Positions 1 to 13,184 of a DNA stretch of 64,000 nucleotides are shown here, piece after piece. Made by a program: the position numbers and the translations under genes. This stretch comes from Vitrella brassicaformis CCMP3155 (taxonomy: Eukaryota > Protista > Chromerida), in contig CDMY01000366.1 of assembly GCA_001179505.1 (NCBI GenBank), positions 1 through 64,000 on the forward strand, read 5' to 3'. How positions within the stretch are numbered: position 1 is the first letter of the stretch; the number at the start of each line of letters is the position of its first letter. Under the pieces are notes generated by a model. That model was not told the DNA's origin and ran no database searches. It saw nothing but the letters and a program-made list of their open reading frames with translations.

Positions 1-10
1 TGGGACTTAC

Positions 11-87
11 CGCCCAGCAGATCCTCTATTCAGCTAACTACAGGAAAGGTCCTCACCGGCCTTTTCGCACAGGGGCGACATGCCCAT
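11..87 (-). CDS. Possible 5' end of a gene running off the left edge (MGMSPLCEKAEDLLG...)
   Basis: Minus-strand ATG at 87, donor G|GTGAGG at 56, acceptor AATAG at 26 and a second donor GTAAGT at 10 keep one frame. The implied first intron is only 31 nt, so this is weak. Confidence 0.3.
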
Positions 88-125
88 GCGAAGCGAGAGA
101 ACTTGAAGGCAAGGCGACAGAAAAC

Positions 126-150
126 TAGGGTTAGGGTTTAGCCAACCCTA
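126..150. promoter_or_regulatory. Telomere-like (telo-box) motif cluster CTAGGGTTAGGGTTTAGCCAACCCTA upstream of glutathione reductase
   Basis: Directly visible about 40 nt upstream of ATG 192. Similar motifs occur at 10540-10571 and 60421-60512. The regulatory role is inferred. Confidence 0.45.
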
Positions 151-191
151 CACTGGACTCATTTCGCATCTTTTCCCCCTCTCCCATCGCC

Positions 192-3459
<3,268 letters not shown>

Positions 3460-4050
3460 TTGATTGAAGAGACAAACAAGCGGACGGAAGGGAGGGAGGG
3501 AGATAGATAGATGACGCATACATAGATGGGATGGGACACCACACCCGACCGAGCTGCGACGCCAAGACCAGAGTCTCTTCCGCTGTCATATGTACGTGTG
3601 TATGTATGGTGTGACCGACCGGCTGAGGTGCCTGCCTTGCTGTGTGTTGTCTGTTCAACGAAGACGCGTCGATCTCCTTTTGTGTGTGTGACGGTGGCCC
3701 TTTTTGCCGTGTGAGCTTTGTGGACTTTCTGTGGCAGTGGACATGCATGGCATGCATCCACTGCATTACATGCAATGGTCTCTCTGGTTGTCTGCCTTCA
3801 CCCAGGACCGTCAGGCAGGCAGCATGATCGATGCGATGCCTCCGTCCACCCATCCATTTTTCATAAAGCAGCCAGCATACACGTGTCTGTGTCCGTCATC
3901 CCGTGTATGTTAGTCACCCCATCGTCTACTCTACTCAACAGCGGCCCCTGTCCACCGCCCTCGCCCGCCCGCGCTCAGTCGCGCACACAGATGTGCCTCC
4001 ATCGCTCCCTCCCGCACTCTCTTCCTCTTTGGGAGGTTCATCCACTTGAC

Positions 4051-5132
4051 TCATGGGACGCTCTCTGAAACGGTGCGCAGCTGCCGGGGTCGGTCGTCGC
4101 GACACGATGCTGGTTGGCTGGGGACGAACGACATGCCGTGGGCAGCTGGCATAGTCACGTCCATGCCGAACAGCGTAACAGGAGCTAAGGGGGCGCCCGC
4201 TTCACCGATCCCCGGCTTGTCCTTGTCCGCTGCGCTGGCTGGGCGTGCCTCGTGTTGCCGATGGCTGCCCTCGGTCGTCTCACGTTGAACAGAACGGCCC
4301 GGGGATTGTATACCATCACTTGTGACGCCCTTGACACTGTCCTTCGCTGCTTCAGCTGCTGCTGCTGCGGTGCCGTCCCGGTCAGGCCCCTCGCCGTCGT
4401 TGACCCACTGGAGTGTGGACATGGCCAGCAGCATCTTGCGCCGATCGACTATGGCCTCAGGCGCCGCCAGGGGGCCGCCAGCTGCCCTAGCGGCCGGCAC
4501 ATCCCGCCTGACGACCCTGTCGACCTGTTCGGCCGACAGCATCCTCTTCTTGACGAATCGGTCGCTCAGCGGCGTGACGTCGTCGTCATCCTCGTCGGTC
4601 TCACCACACACGTCCCCGGCAGTGCCCTTGCCTCGCCCAAAGACGCCCTTAGGGTGGAGATGCAGGGTGTCGACGGCCATTGGGTGTGGCCTGCAGGCGT
4701 CGCCCTCATCCCACCCCTCCAGCTCACAGTGCTTGAGCAGATGCTCACGGTCACTGGCGAAGGGCTTGATCTCATCCTCGTCGCCGCCGGCATGATCGTG
4801 GCTGCCGTCTGGTGGGGTGGCCGGGGGGGTCATGAGGGCAGCCGGGGAGAGAAGGGGAGACGGGGGCTGGTTGAGTCGGCCGGACAGGAATGCTCGCAGC
4901 CTGGGCATCATCCATGGACCGCGGCGAGTGCTGCGGCGGGGCTCGGAGGCGGAAGGAGATGAGTTCCGCAAGTCCTGCAGCTGAAAGTCTGATGAATCAA
5001 TGGACAAAAGAGCACAACGTGCAGTGAGGAGATATACATACGTGATCCAGATCAGATCGTCAAGGGATTGCTCCTTGCCTACATTGTCTGGAGGATGAGG
5101 CAACCAGCAAATCGATGCCACTCTCCCTGCAC

Positions 5133-5165
<33 letters not shown>

Positions 5166-8100
5166 GAGCCGCGCACAGCACAGGGGAAGAGAGTATCCAA
5201 CAGTCAGTAATCGGTGTGTGCCTTTCCCCTGGTGTCTCCTTCCCTCCCTCCCTCCCTCCCTCCCTCCTGCCATCCCTCCCAGCTTCCCTGTGTGCCTTAC
5301 GCGAGGACAGAACAAGTGGCTCGTATAATCTCATAGTCCCACTCGGAGAGCTCCCTGTCGTGGCGGTGGGACCGCCTGTTCTCCGCCCAGGTCATGAGTT
5401 CGTCGGTCGAGTAGCCCGTCCGCTGGGCGATGCGGCAAGGGTTGGGCAGGGGGGCCTGGTGCAGCTTGGACAAGTCATAAGCAGACAGACGGGACATCAG
5501 ATCGTCACCATCTGGCCACCCACCCCACACAAGACAAGACAAGAAAGACGTACGGTACGTACAATGAATGACCGGACAGGTATATGCATCCATCCATCAA
5601 TGACGGATGTCTGTTGTGTCAAGATTGCTGGTTGGGTCCTGCTCACCTGTCTGCATGGGGGAGGAGTCCCCCGGGTGGTCGAGTGGGGACACTTTGCGCT
5701 TCTTGTAGTGGAATTTGCCTCCGCTGGGTCCGTCCGGGATGAGGGGATCTCCTCCTGGCCCTCCGCCGCCCTCGTGTCTCCTCTTCTTCTTAGCGTCCCG
5801 TATGGCGTCCGACCCCATGGGTCTGTGGCGGCCCTCCCTGTCATGCCGCTCGCCCCTCTCGTCACGACCACACGCATCAGACGACACCGGACCCTTCTTC
5901 CTCTTCTTCTGCGGCACCGGCAGCCCCTGCACACACCACAGCCAGGGGCAGGGAGGGAGGGAGGAAACAGAGACATACATACACACCAACCGCCTCCGGC
6001 GGCGCTTCCCATCAGTACCTCCCTCCCTCGCTGTCTGCCCGCCTTGCTGCCCCTGTGCGTACGTACCTGTGAGTGTGCGGGTTGTTGTGTTGGCGGCCTC
6101 TCTCGCCGAGGGGCTCCCCTGTCCACTGCGGGCATCGAGTCGACCAATGCTGGCACAACCAGATCAGGGACAGATCAGGGACGATGGATGGTCACATCAC
6201 ACACTGCCAGACAAACAGCTACCCTCCCTCCCTCCCTGCCTCATCTCCTTCAATGATCTCACTCACTCACTTCTGAGAGCAGCATGGAAGGCCAGTTTGA
6301 TCTCGACCGTTTCGCAGAGGCTGTTCCTGGCGCCCTGTCCCCTGGAGGGAATGAAATTCCAGCCCCAGCCCTTGAAGAGCTCCCGCGGATGGTTCATCAT
6401 CTTGGCGCGGCGGTACCAGTCGCCGCCCCACACGCCCGTCAGGTCCTCCTTCTTCCTCAGCGCCTCCACCGCCTCGGAAGAGGCCGGCTTGAACCACCCC
6501 ACCCGGCCGCCGTAGGGCGGCGACGAACACGCGATGCTCACGCCGGGAGTCAGCCGACGGAGCTGACGGGAAGGGGACAGGACCTCGACGGGCAAGGTGG
6601 GGGCGGCAGCAGGGGGGGCAACAGAGGGGGAGTCAAGGGGACCCGGGTGGGGCCCTGTCCCGCCCCACCCTGCATCGGGACCTCCCTCGCAGCCGTTCGG
6701 GAGCATGGCCTGATCGCCATCGTGGGGACCAGATAATGGAGCTGCCACTCCATTCTGCTTGTCAGCCACCTCGCTCCCGCCGTCGGCTGTCCGACAGACA
6801 TCCTCGCCAGTGTCTGCGGGGGCTGCTGCTGCTGCCGCTGCAGCTGCAGCTGCGCCCTCCTCTTGCTTGAAGACCTTGGTGGGCTGAGAGGCACTGACCC
6901 CAGGGTTTGCCGAGCCATGCTGCTGGTGGTTTTGTAGCCCGTTGTGCGTTGGGGTGGCGTCGAGGTCCGATGATGACGTGATGATACCGAAGGACCAGGA
7001 TGATGGGGGCAAGAAGACCTGATCCAACCACCCACATCACCCACATATAGCCAACCCGTCCCGTCCCGTCCAGGGACTAACACATATGTACCGACCGACG
7101 GTATGTCTGGGTCGCATCGCACCTGTGCGCGTCGTATTCTGTCCCTGGTGACCTTGTCGGTGATGGTGCCCGTCCAGGGGTTGGCAATGCGGTACAAGGG
7201 GCGGCCCCTGGACGACGTGTCCACACCCACCACCACGCCCAGGAACGACCTCGCCTGATCGCCCGCATCCTTGGTGGTCGCTGCAGGCACGGATGCTCCA
7301 CCAGTGGCTGCCTTGCGTCCCAGGCTGGTCACCGAGCCGCTGCTGGCGCCTGCCCCTCCCCCTCCCCCCTGTTGTGCTTGTGCTGCTGCCTGTTCCTGGC
7401 TGGCCTTCCACTGGTTGGTCTCCATGATGATGGACCTGGATGTGGACCCCCCCGAGGGCTGGTTGATGTGCACCACCTCCACCCACTCACCCTCACCCAC
7501 ACTCCTCTCCAGAACGCACCAATGCTCGGGGGCGGGGGGCTGACAGGACGGGCTGCCACTGCTGCTGGTGGGTTGAAAGTCGGGTCCGAGTGAGAGGTCT
7601 CCGAAGGGGCTCATGTGGAGGGCGGGCTCGCACAGCCTGACGTCGACGGCGTGTCCGCCATCCAGCCTGAAGTCGACCTCGGACTCACGGTCAGGTGGGC
7701 TGTCCTTACCCATCCGCCATGGGTGGTCCACCCGCTTCCCACGCGCACTGTCGGTGCCACTGCTCCCTGCAGACTGCTGGTGCTGCTGCAGCCGGCTGCT
7801 GGCACGGACCGGCTCCTTGGGTAAAGGCTGGTTGGGCAACCCATCACGGTGCTGCCGTCTCATCCCCTTGCGGCCCACTTCCCTCATTCTGGGCAGGCTG
7901 GGCACGGCAAAACCGTCGCATGACTCGGCCGCACCTCCTCCACCACCACCACCACCAGCAGCAGCAGATCCCCCGGCCGGATTGCTGTGGGTGATGGTGT
8001 GTTGGGTGTGTTTGTCGCTGGCCGTGGGCGACACTCCGCCGCCCCCACTCTCACTCCCCATGTCCTCGGCAACAGATGCGGGCCGCTGGGAACCACCCGC

Positions 8101-10470
8101 GTCGGCCATCTCGTGGTCACCTTGCCCGAAGACTGATGCCAACGAAGGTGGGTGGGATGTGGCGCAGGGAGCCGCAGCCGCTGCCGCAGCGGGCGAGACA
8201 GCACTAGCTGCGCTGCCGGCGACAGGAGGGGCATCCGGGGGCTGACTCACTGAGGGCTCAGACTTGGATGGCACTGTGGCGATGTGGTTCGTGTCTCCCC
8301 CTCCTCGTCCTCCATCCGTGCCCCCCTGACGGCCGTCGACAGCCGGACCACTTTTGGCCTTGGACGGCTGTCCTGCCGTGTCGGTGTCCTGGGCATGGGC
8401 GTGCGGTGCGATGGGCGGGAGTGGGTGGTGTGGCGGAGGGAGGGCTCGACCCACGGTGATCAGCGGGGACGGGACGGCCGGGAGGGATGGACAAAATCGG
8501 TTGAGATTGTCCAGTTCCAAAGGCCACAGGTAGCGCACGATGCAACGATCGCCGTAGCGATCACGAAGCTCAGCATAGCTGTGACACGCACACACACCAG
8601 CACACGTGTACATACATGGATCACATAGCTCTGCCCCGCGCCCATCCCGTGCATCCGTCCGTTTTGATGGATTGCACCTGTCCTCACTCACCAGAATTCG
8701 CCATTGGCAGTCTCGTCTGAAGTGTTCCAGACCCTCATGACTGCACACATACACAGGAGCAACACACCCACCATCGAGCCAGAGGCAATGCCCGAGGTGA
8801 CATGGATCTTCGTGTCCCTGCCTGCCTGGCTGTGACGTACGTGTCTCCCTCCCTCCCTCCCTCCCTCACTGCTTACTTGGTGTGAATGACGGCTCCCGCC
8901 GTTTCCTCTCGAGCATGGCGTCGAATATCTCATAGAGCCAAAACGTGTGAGACATCAGCGGATTCCACACATTCGTCACTGGTGGGTAGGTAAGCGATTC
9001 ACACACAAGTGCACCAAGCAAGAGACACGGACGTGACAGCGTGAAGGATGGAGACATGACATGCAGACACGACACGACCAAGTGTGCGTGTCCGTGTGTG
9101 TGTCCCAGCCGCCTCCGTACGCACGTACGTGCGTATGTACCTGCTGTCTCGCCCTGTGCCCTGGCGTCATCTCTATCGGTGTCTGAAAAGCTAGAACCAC
9201 GGAGGTTGCACCGGCGCAACACCTGGACATTAATTAACACAACCATCAGCCGGACAAAAACGTCCGTGTCTCGCTTCGGTCGACCCCCGACTCCTCCCTC
9301 CCTGGTTCGTGTGACTTGACATACACGCCGCCGACCTCCGTCCGTATGTCCGTATGTGTGTACGCACCTGTGTGTTGTCGAGGGGTCGATCGTCGTTGTG
9401 TCCGCCCGCGATGAGTCGTGAGTCCGTGAGTGAGATGCCGTCGAGCTTGACGAGCTTGAGGCGGTAGGCGTTGTTGATGATCCACCGCTTCAGGTCGCTC
9501 CGCCCTGTCAGACAGTTGCGAATCACCAGCTTCCGCAACCCGTTGATCAGGATCGTCTTGAGAGCCGACATCGACTCACTCGACACCGCCAAGTGGTTGT
9601 CTGGTTAGTTAATCCAGAGATAGGTAGGTAGACGGATAGATGGATGGATAGATGGATGTGGAGGCACACCCTGCCTCCTGTCTGGTGTCTCCCTGCCTCC
9701 CTCCCTGCCTGCCTGGCCCGCCCCTGAGCGCCCACCGCGCCCCTCCTTGGTCCCGCCCACCCACCTCCCTACCTGAGACATTGAGTTTCCTGAGTGTTTT
9801 GACGTTCTTGAGGGCCTTGACGACCATGGTGGTCTTGTCTGAGGAGAAGCTCATGGCGTTGCAGTTGAACTCCCGGAGCCACGGCAGGCGTCCCACACAC
9901 TCGCAAAACATCTCGAACCGCTCACGAGGCCACAGGGCGCCCGCATAGAGCGTCATGGTGGTCAGGTGCGGCAGCTCCCCAAGCACACACAAAAAGTCCC
10001 GCAGATCCTCATCCCGCGTGAACTTCACGTCATTACACATGTGCACCGTCCGCCACTCGCCCCTCCTGACACACAACACAACACACACAACACAACACAA
10101 ACCATTCGCACACACGTGCGGCACACAAGCGCACGGTGTCCTTGAGATAGTAGGCGAGCACATACACACACACAGACGCCCCTCCTTCCTGCCTTCGTGC
10201 GTTACCTGGCGAGCAATTTCTCCTTCTCCTTCGCCCACTTGGCCTCTGACACGAGCCTGATAGACACGCAGGTAGAGAACCACACCAACCGCACACAGAG
10301 GATGTGGTGCATATCCCGCCGGCCATCTGGCGAGATTGGATCTTGCGCTGCCCGCCCGGCGAGCGAGGCACTCACTCCTGGCACTCACTGGTCTGGCGCC
10401 ACGCCTACCCCATGATGTCATATCTCTCCTGTGCTCTCGTCGGCTTCTTGTCATCTCTCGTCTTCTTCAT
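4051..10470 (-). CDS. Large multi-exon hypothetical protein: N-terminal RNI-like leucine-rich repeats, central Tudor/Agenet-like segment, basic NLS-like motifs, extensive low-complexity sequence
   Basis: ATG at 10470 (MKKTRDDKKP...) splices to LRR-like exons (LGELPHLTTMTLY...LPWLREFNC...LKNVKTLRKLNVS; LRKLVIRNC; LKLVKLDG). Long open exons at ~8600-7090, ~7020-6280 and ~5000-4051. KKRKK, KKKRR and KKRK motifs at 5600-5990. Internal exon boundaries are approximate. Confidence 0.65.
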
Positions 10471-10539
10471 CTTCCAACACTCCACACGCCGATGCTCCTA
10501 TACGGCCCCCCGCTCCTTTATGTCGTGTGTGAAGGGTGC

Positions 10540-10571
10540 AGGGTTTCCTAGGGGTGTAGGGTAAAAACCCT
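10540..10571. promoter_or_regulatory. Degenerate telo-box-like cluster (AGGGTTTCCTAGGGGTGTAGGGTAAAAACCCT) in the divergent intergenic region between the LRR gene and BRF1
   Basis: Visible directly between ATG 10470 (-) and ATG 10758 (+). Function is inferred. Confidence 0.4.
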
Positions 10572-10757
10572 TTGACAAACAAAGGTACTTGGCAATCATT
10601 CTGTGACAAGGGCGGCAATTGTGACAAGGAGGTGAGGAGATGCAGTGAGGATAAAAGGGTTGAAGACAGCAACAGTTGTGGGTTGCTGTGCTGTCCCGTT
10701 GAAGGACGAGAGCGACATAACGTAACGATATCTTGTGTGATTGGTGGAGTGACGGCC

Positions 10758-12860
10758 ATGTCAGCGTCGGCTTGTGTGCACTGCGGGTGTGTGGAGCTCG
10801 ACTACAGCACTTCTCGGGGCGATTTGACGTGCACCAACTGCGGTGCAGTGCTCGAGGAGAATGCTGTGGTCAACGAGGTGTCGTTCGGCGAGAGCAGCTC
10901 GGGCGCCGTCCACGTCGTCGGCCAGTTCGTGTCTGCTTCGGGCTCCCGGCCCTTCAGCTCATCCATTGGAGCATTCGGCCAGCGAGACCAGCGGCAGGCC
11001 ACCCTCGAGAGGGGCTACAGGAGGATACAGCAGGTGGCCGGCCAGCTGCGCCTCCCACAAAGCTTTATCGAGACGGCCAACCGCCTCTTCATGCTGGCTA
11101 ACCAGCGCAACTTCACCAAGGGGCGGCGGACGCGCCACGTGGCTGCCGCGTGCCTGTACACGGTGTGTCGACAGCAGGAGGCCCCACAGATGCTCATCGA
11201 CTTCGCCGACGTGCTGGAGACCCCTGTCAAGAACCTTGGCCAGATCTTCATGAAGCTGATCCGGCTGCTTCGCGTGAGCATCCCGCTCATCGACCCGTCC
11301 TTCTTCATGGAGCGGTTCGCCTCCCGGCTGCCCATGGACAACGACATGGACAGCCAGAAGGTCCACAAGGTGGCCGCCACCGCCACCCGCCTCATACAGG
11401 CCATGAAGAGGGACTGGATCTGCACCGGCAGACGACCCACGGGGCTCTGTGGCGCCGCCCTACTCATCTCGGCCCGCTACCACGGCCACAAGATCGCTGC
11501 TGACGACATCGCCAAGGTCGTCCGCATATCGGGCACCACCATCCGCAAGCGCCTCTATGAGTTCCGCAAGACACCCACCGCCCGCCTCACACGCGAGCAG
11601 TTCGAAGTCACCGACCTGCAGCAGCTGCCCATCGAGACACTCCCGCCATGCCTCAAGTCAGACCATCTCAAGAGGGAGGAGGGGAAGCTCGAGGCCATCA
11701 AGGACGAGGACGACCCGGGCCAGCTTACACTGGAGGGTGGGGCCGCAGTCCAGCCATTGGCCGTCATGGATGGCAACGGCCCCTTTCCTCCGTCGGTCAA
11801 GGCCGAGGCGTCTCTGTCGGGCGTGGCTCCTGCAGATGGCGAGGGGGACCTGTTTGACGAGGGCGCTAATGACGAGGGCGTGGGTCCACCATCATCGGCA
11901 TCGGCCGCATCCTTCGGCCCTGTGAGGGTCAAGGGCGAGAGGGGGCCGTCCACGACCACGGGGGTGGCGCCTGGGTCGGTGCAGCTGCAGGTGGATGCAC
12001 TGCGGCTGTCGGGTGACAACCCATCTGCAGCTGACATCGACGAGATAGCCAAGTCGGTCAGCCAGGCCCTGGAGGCCGCCAGTGTGAGTGGCACCGGCAG
12101 GCGGCGCGTGCGGTCGTCACATCCGTCATCAAGCAAGCCGCCCAAACAGGAGGAGCCGCTGCTGGGGGCAGGTCTGACCGACCTACTGGACCAGCTGCTG
12201 GCAACCACCGACAAGGCGGATGACCGGCAGCCTGCAGACGGCGACGATGCCGCATGGGGTGAGGTGTACGAGGAAAAGGATGAGGTCGTGGATGAGGAGG
12301 TCCAGGGGGAGGGGGGTCAGCGGCGGGGTCAGCGGCGGGCGGTGCGGCAGCGCATCAAGCGTGACACCGACATTGATGGGGACGAGGGAGAGGAGCAGGA
12401 TGACGATGAGATGGGTGGCGTGGCGGGTGCGTCGTCCGTGCGGACCGATGTGGTGGAGACGCTCAGTGACGTCGGCAGCGATGAGATAGCGGGGGAGATT
12501 TTGACGGCTGCCGAGCGTCAGGCCAAGGAGGCCGTGTGGCAGGAGATCACCAAGGATTACTGGGAGCAGTGGGAGGCCTCCCAGGAGCACAAGCGCAAGA
12601 AGAAGAGGGAGCACACCGACAGGGTGCGGGCCGAACTGCGCAAGCAAGGCCTTCCGGCAACAGACAAGGACGTCGAGGCTGCCATAGCGGCCAAGAGGCG
12701 CAAGACGGCCGGTGCCAGCTATCCTGAGGCTGAGTCGGCCGCCCACTCAGTGCAGATGGCGCTCGAGAGGAATGCGAGGGGCATGTCGGCCAAAGTCAAC
12801 GTCAGCACCCTGGAGAGTCTCTTCGGGCCTGGCAGCGGGGAACCGATTGCATATGAATGA
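10758..12860 (+). CDS. BRF1: TFIIIB subunit BRF1 (TFIIB-related factor), intronless
   Basis: Zn ribbon CVHCG..CTNCGAVLEEN, cyclin-fold repeats (RNFTKGRRTRHVAAACLYTVCR; IPLIDPSFFMERFA; WICTGRRPTGLCGAALLISAR; TIRKRLYEFRKTPTARLT), C-terminal BRF1 homology block (LSDVGSDEIAGEILT..E...KEAVW; SAKVNVSTLESLF). Confidence 0.93.
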   Translation: MSASACVHCGCVELDYSTSRGDLTCTNCGAVLEENAVVNEVSFGESSSGAVHVVGQFVSASGSRPFSSSIGAFGQRDQRQATLERGYRRIQQVAGQLRLPQSFIETANRLFMLANQRNFTKGRRTRHVAAACLYTVCRQQEAPQMLIDFADVLETPVKNLGQIFMKLIRLLRVSIPLIDPSFFMERFASRLPMDNDMDSQKVHKVAATATRLIQAMKRDWICTGRRPTGLCGAALLISARYHGHKIAADDIAKVVRISGTTIRKRLYEFRKTPTARLTREQFEVTDLQQLPIETLPPCLKSDHLKREEGKLEAIKDEDDPGQLTLEGGAAVQPLAVMDGNGPFPPSVKAEASLSGVAPADGEGDLFDEGANDEGVGPPSSASAASFGPVRVKGERGPSTTTGVAPGSVQLQVDALRLSGDNPSAADIDEIAKSVSQALEAASVSGTGRRRVRSSHPSSSKPPKQEEPLLGAGLTDLLDQLLATTDKADDRQPADGDDAAWGEVYEEKDEVVDEEVQGEGGQRRGQRRAVRQRIKRDTDIDGDEGEEQDDDEMGGVAGASSVRTDVVETLSDVGSDEIAGEILTAAERQAKEAVWQEITKDYWEQWEASQEHKRKKKREHTDRVRAELRKQGLPATDKDVEAAIAAKRRKTAGASYPEAESAAHSVQMALERNARGMSAKVNVSTLESLFGPGSGEPIAYE

Positions 12861-13184
12861 ATGAATGAAGAGAGACATGAATGAGTCAATCAATGAAGCA
12901 ATAAGTGAATGACACATATGCAGACAATGCACATCGATTGGATCGATGGACGGCGTACGCCGTCAATAAGATTAACCTTTTTTCTAATGCGGATGTGGTC
13001 AAGCAATATAGCAAACACCTAAGTACCTGGCACAGCCATATGTATTACATAAGTATGGCGTGCGATCGATCGGCAGCGTCCATCCATCACTCAGTCGACC
13101 AATCAATGAGTCAGTCTATGCACACACGAGCAGCACCGGGGGTGGCCCACACGTGCACACACACGTGTGTGTCCGCAGTGTCAG

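Noticed and set aside
10572-10757. Upstream extension of the BRF1 ORF from a TTG start at 10572
   Set aside because: The conserved Zn ribbon begins right after ATG 10758. The extension is not BRF1-like and overlaps the promoter spacer.
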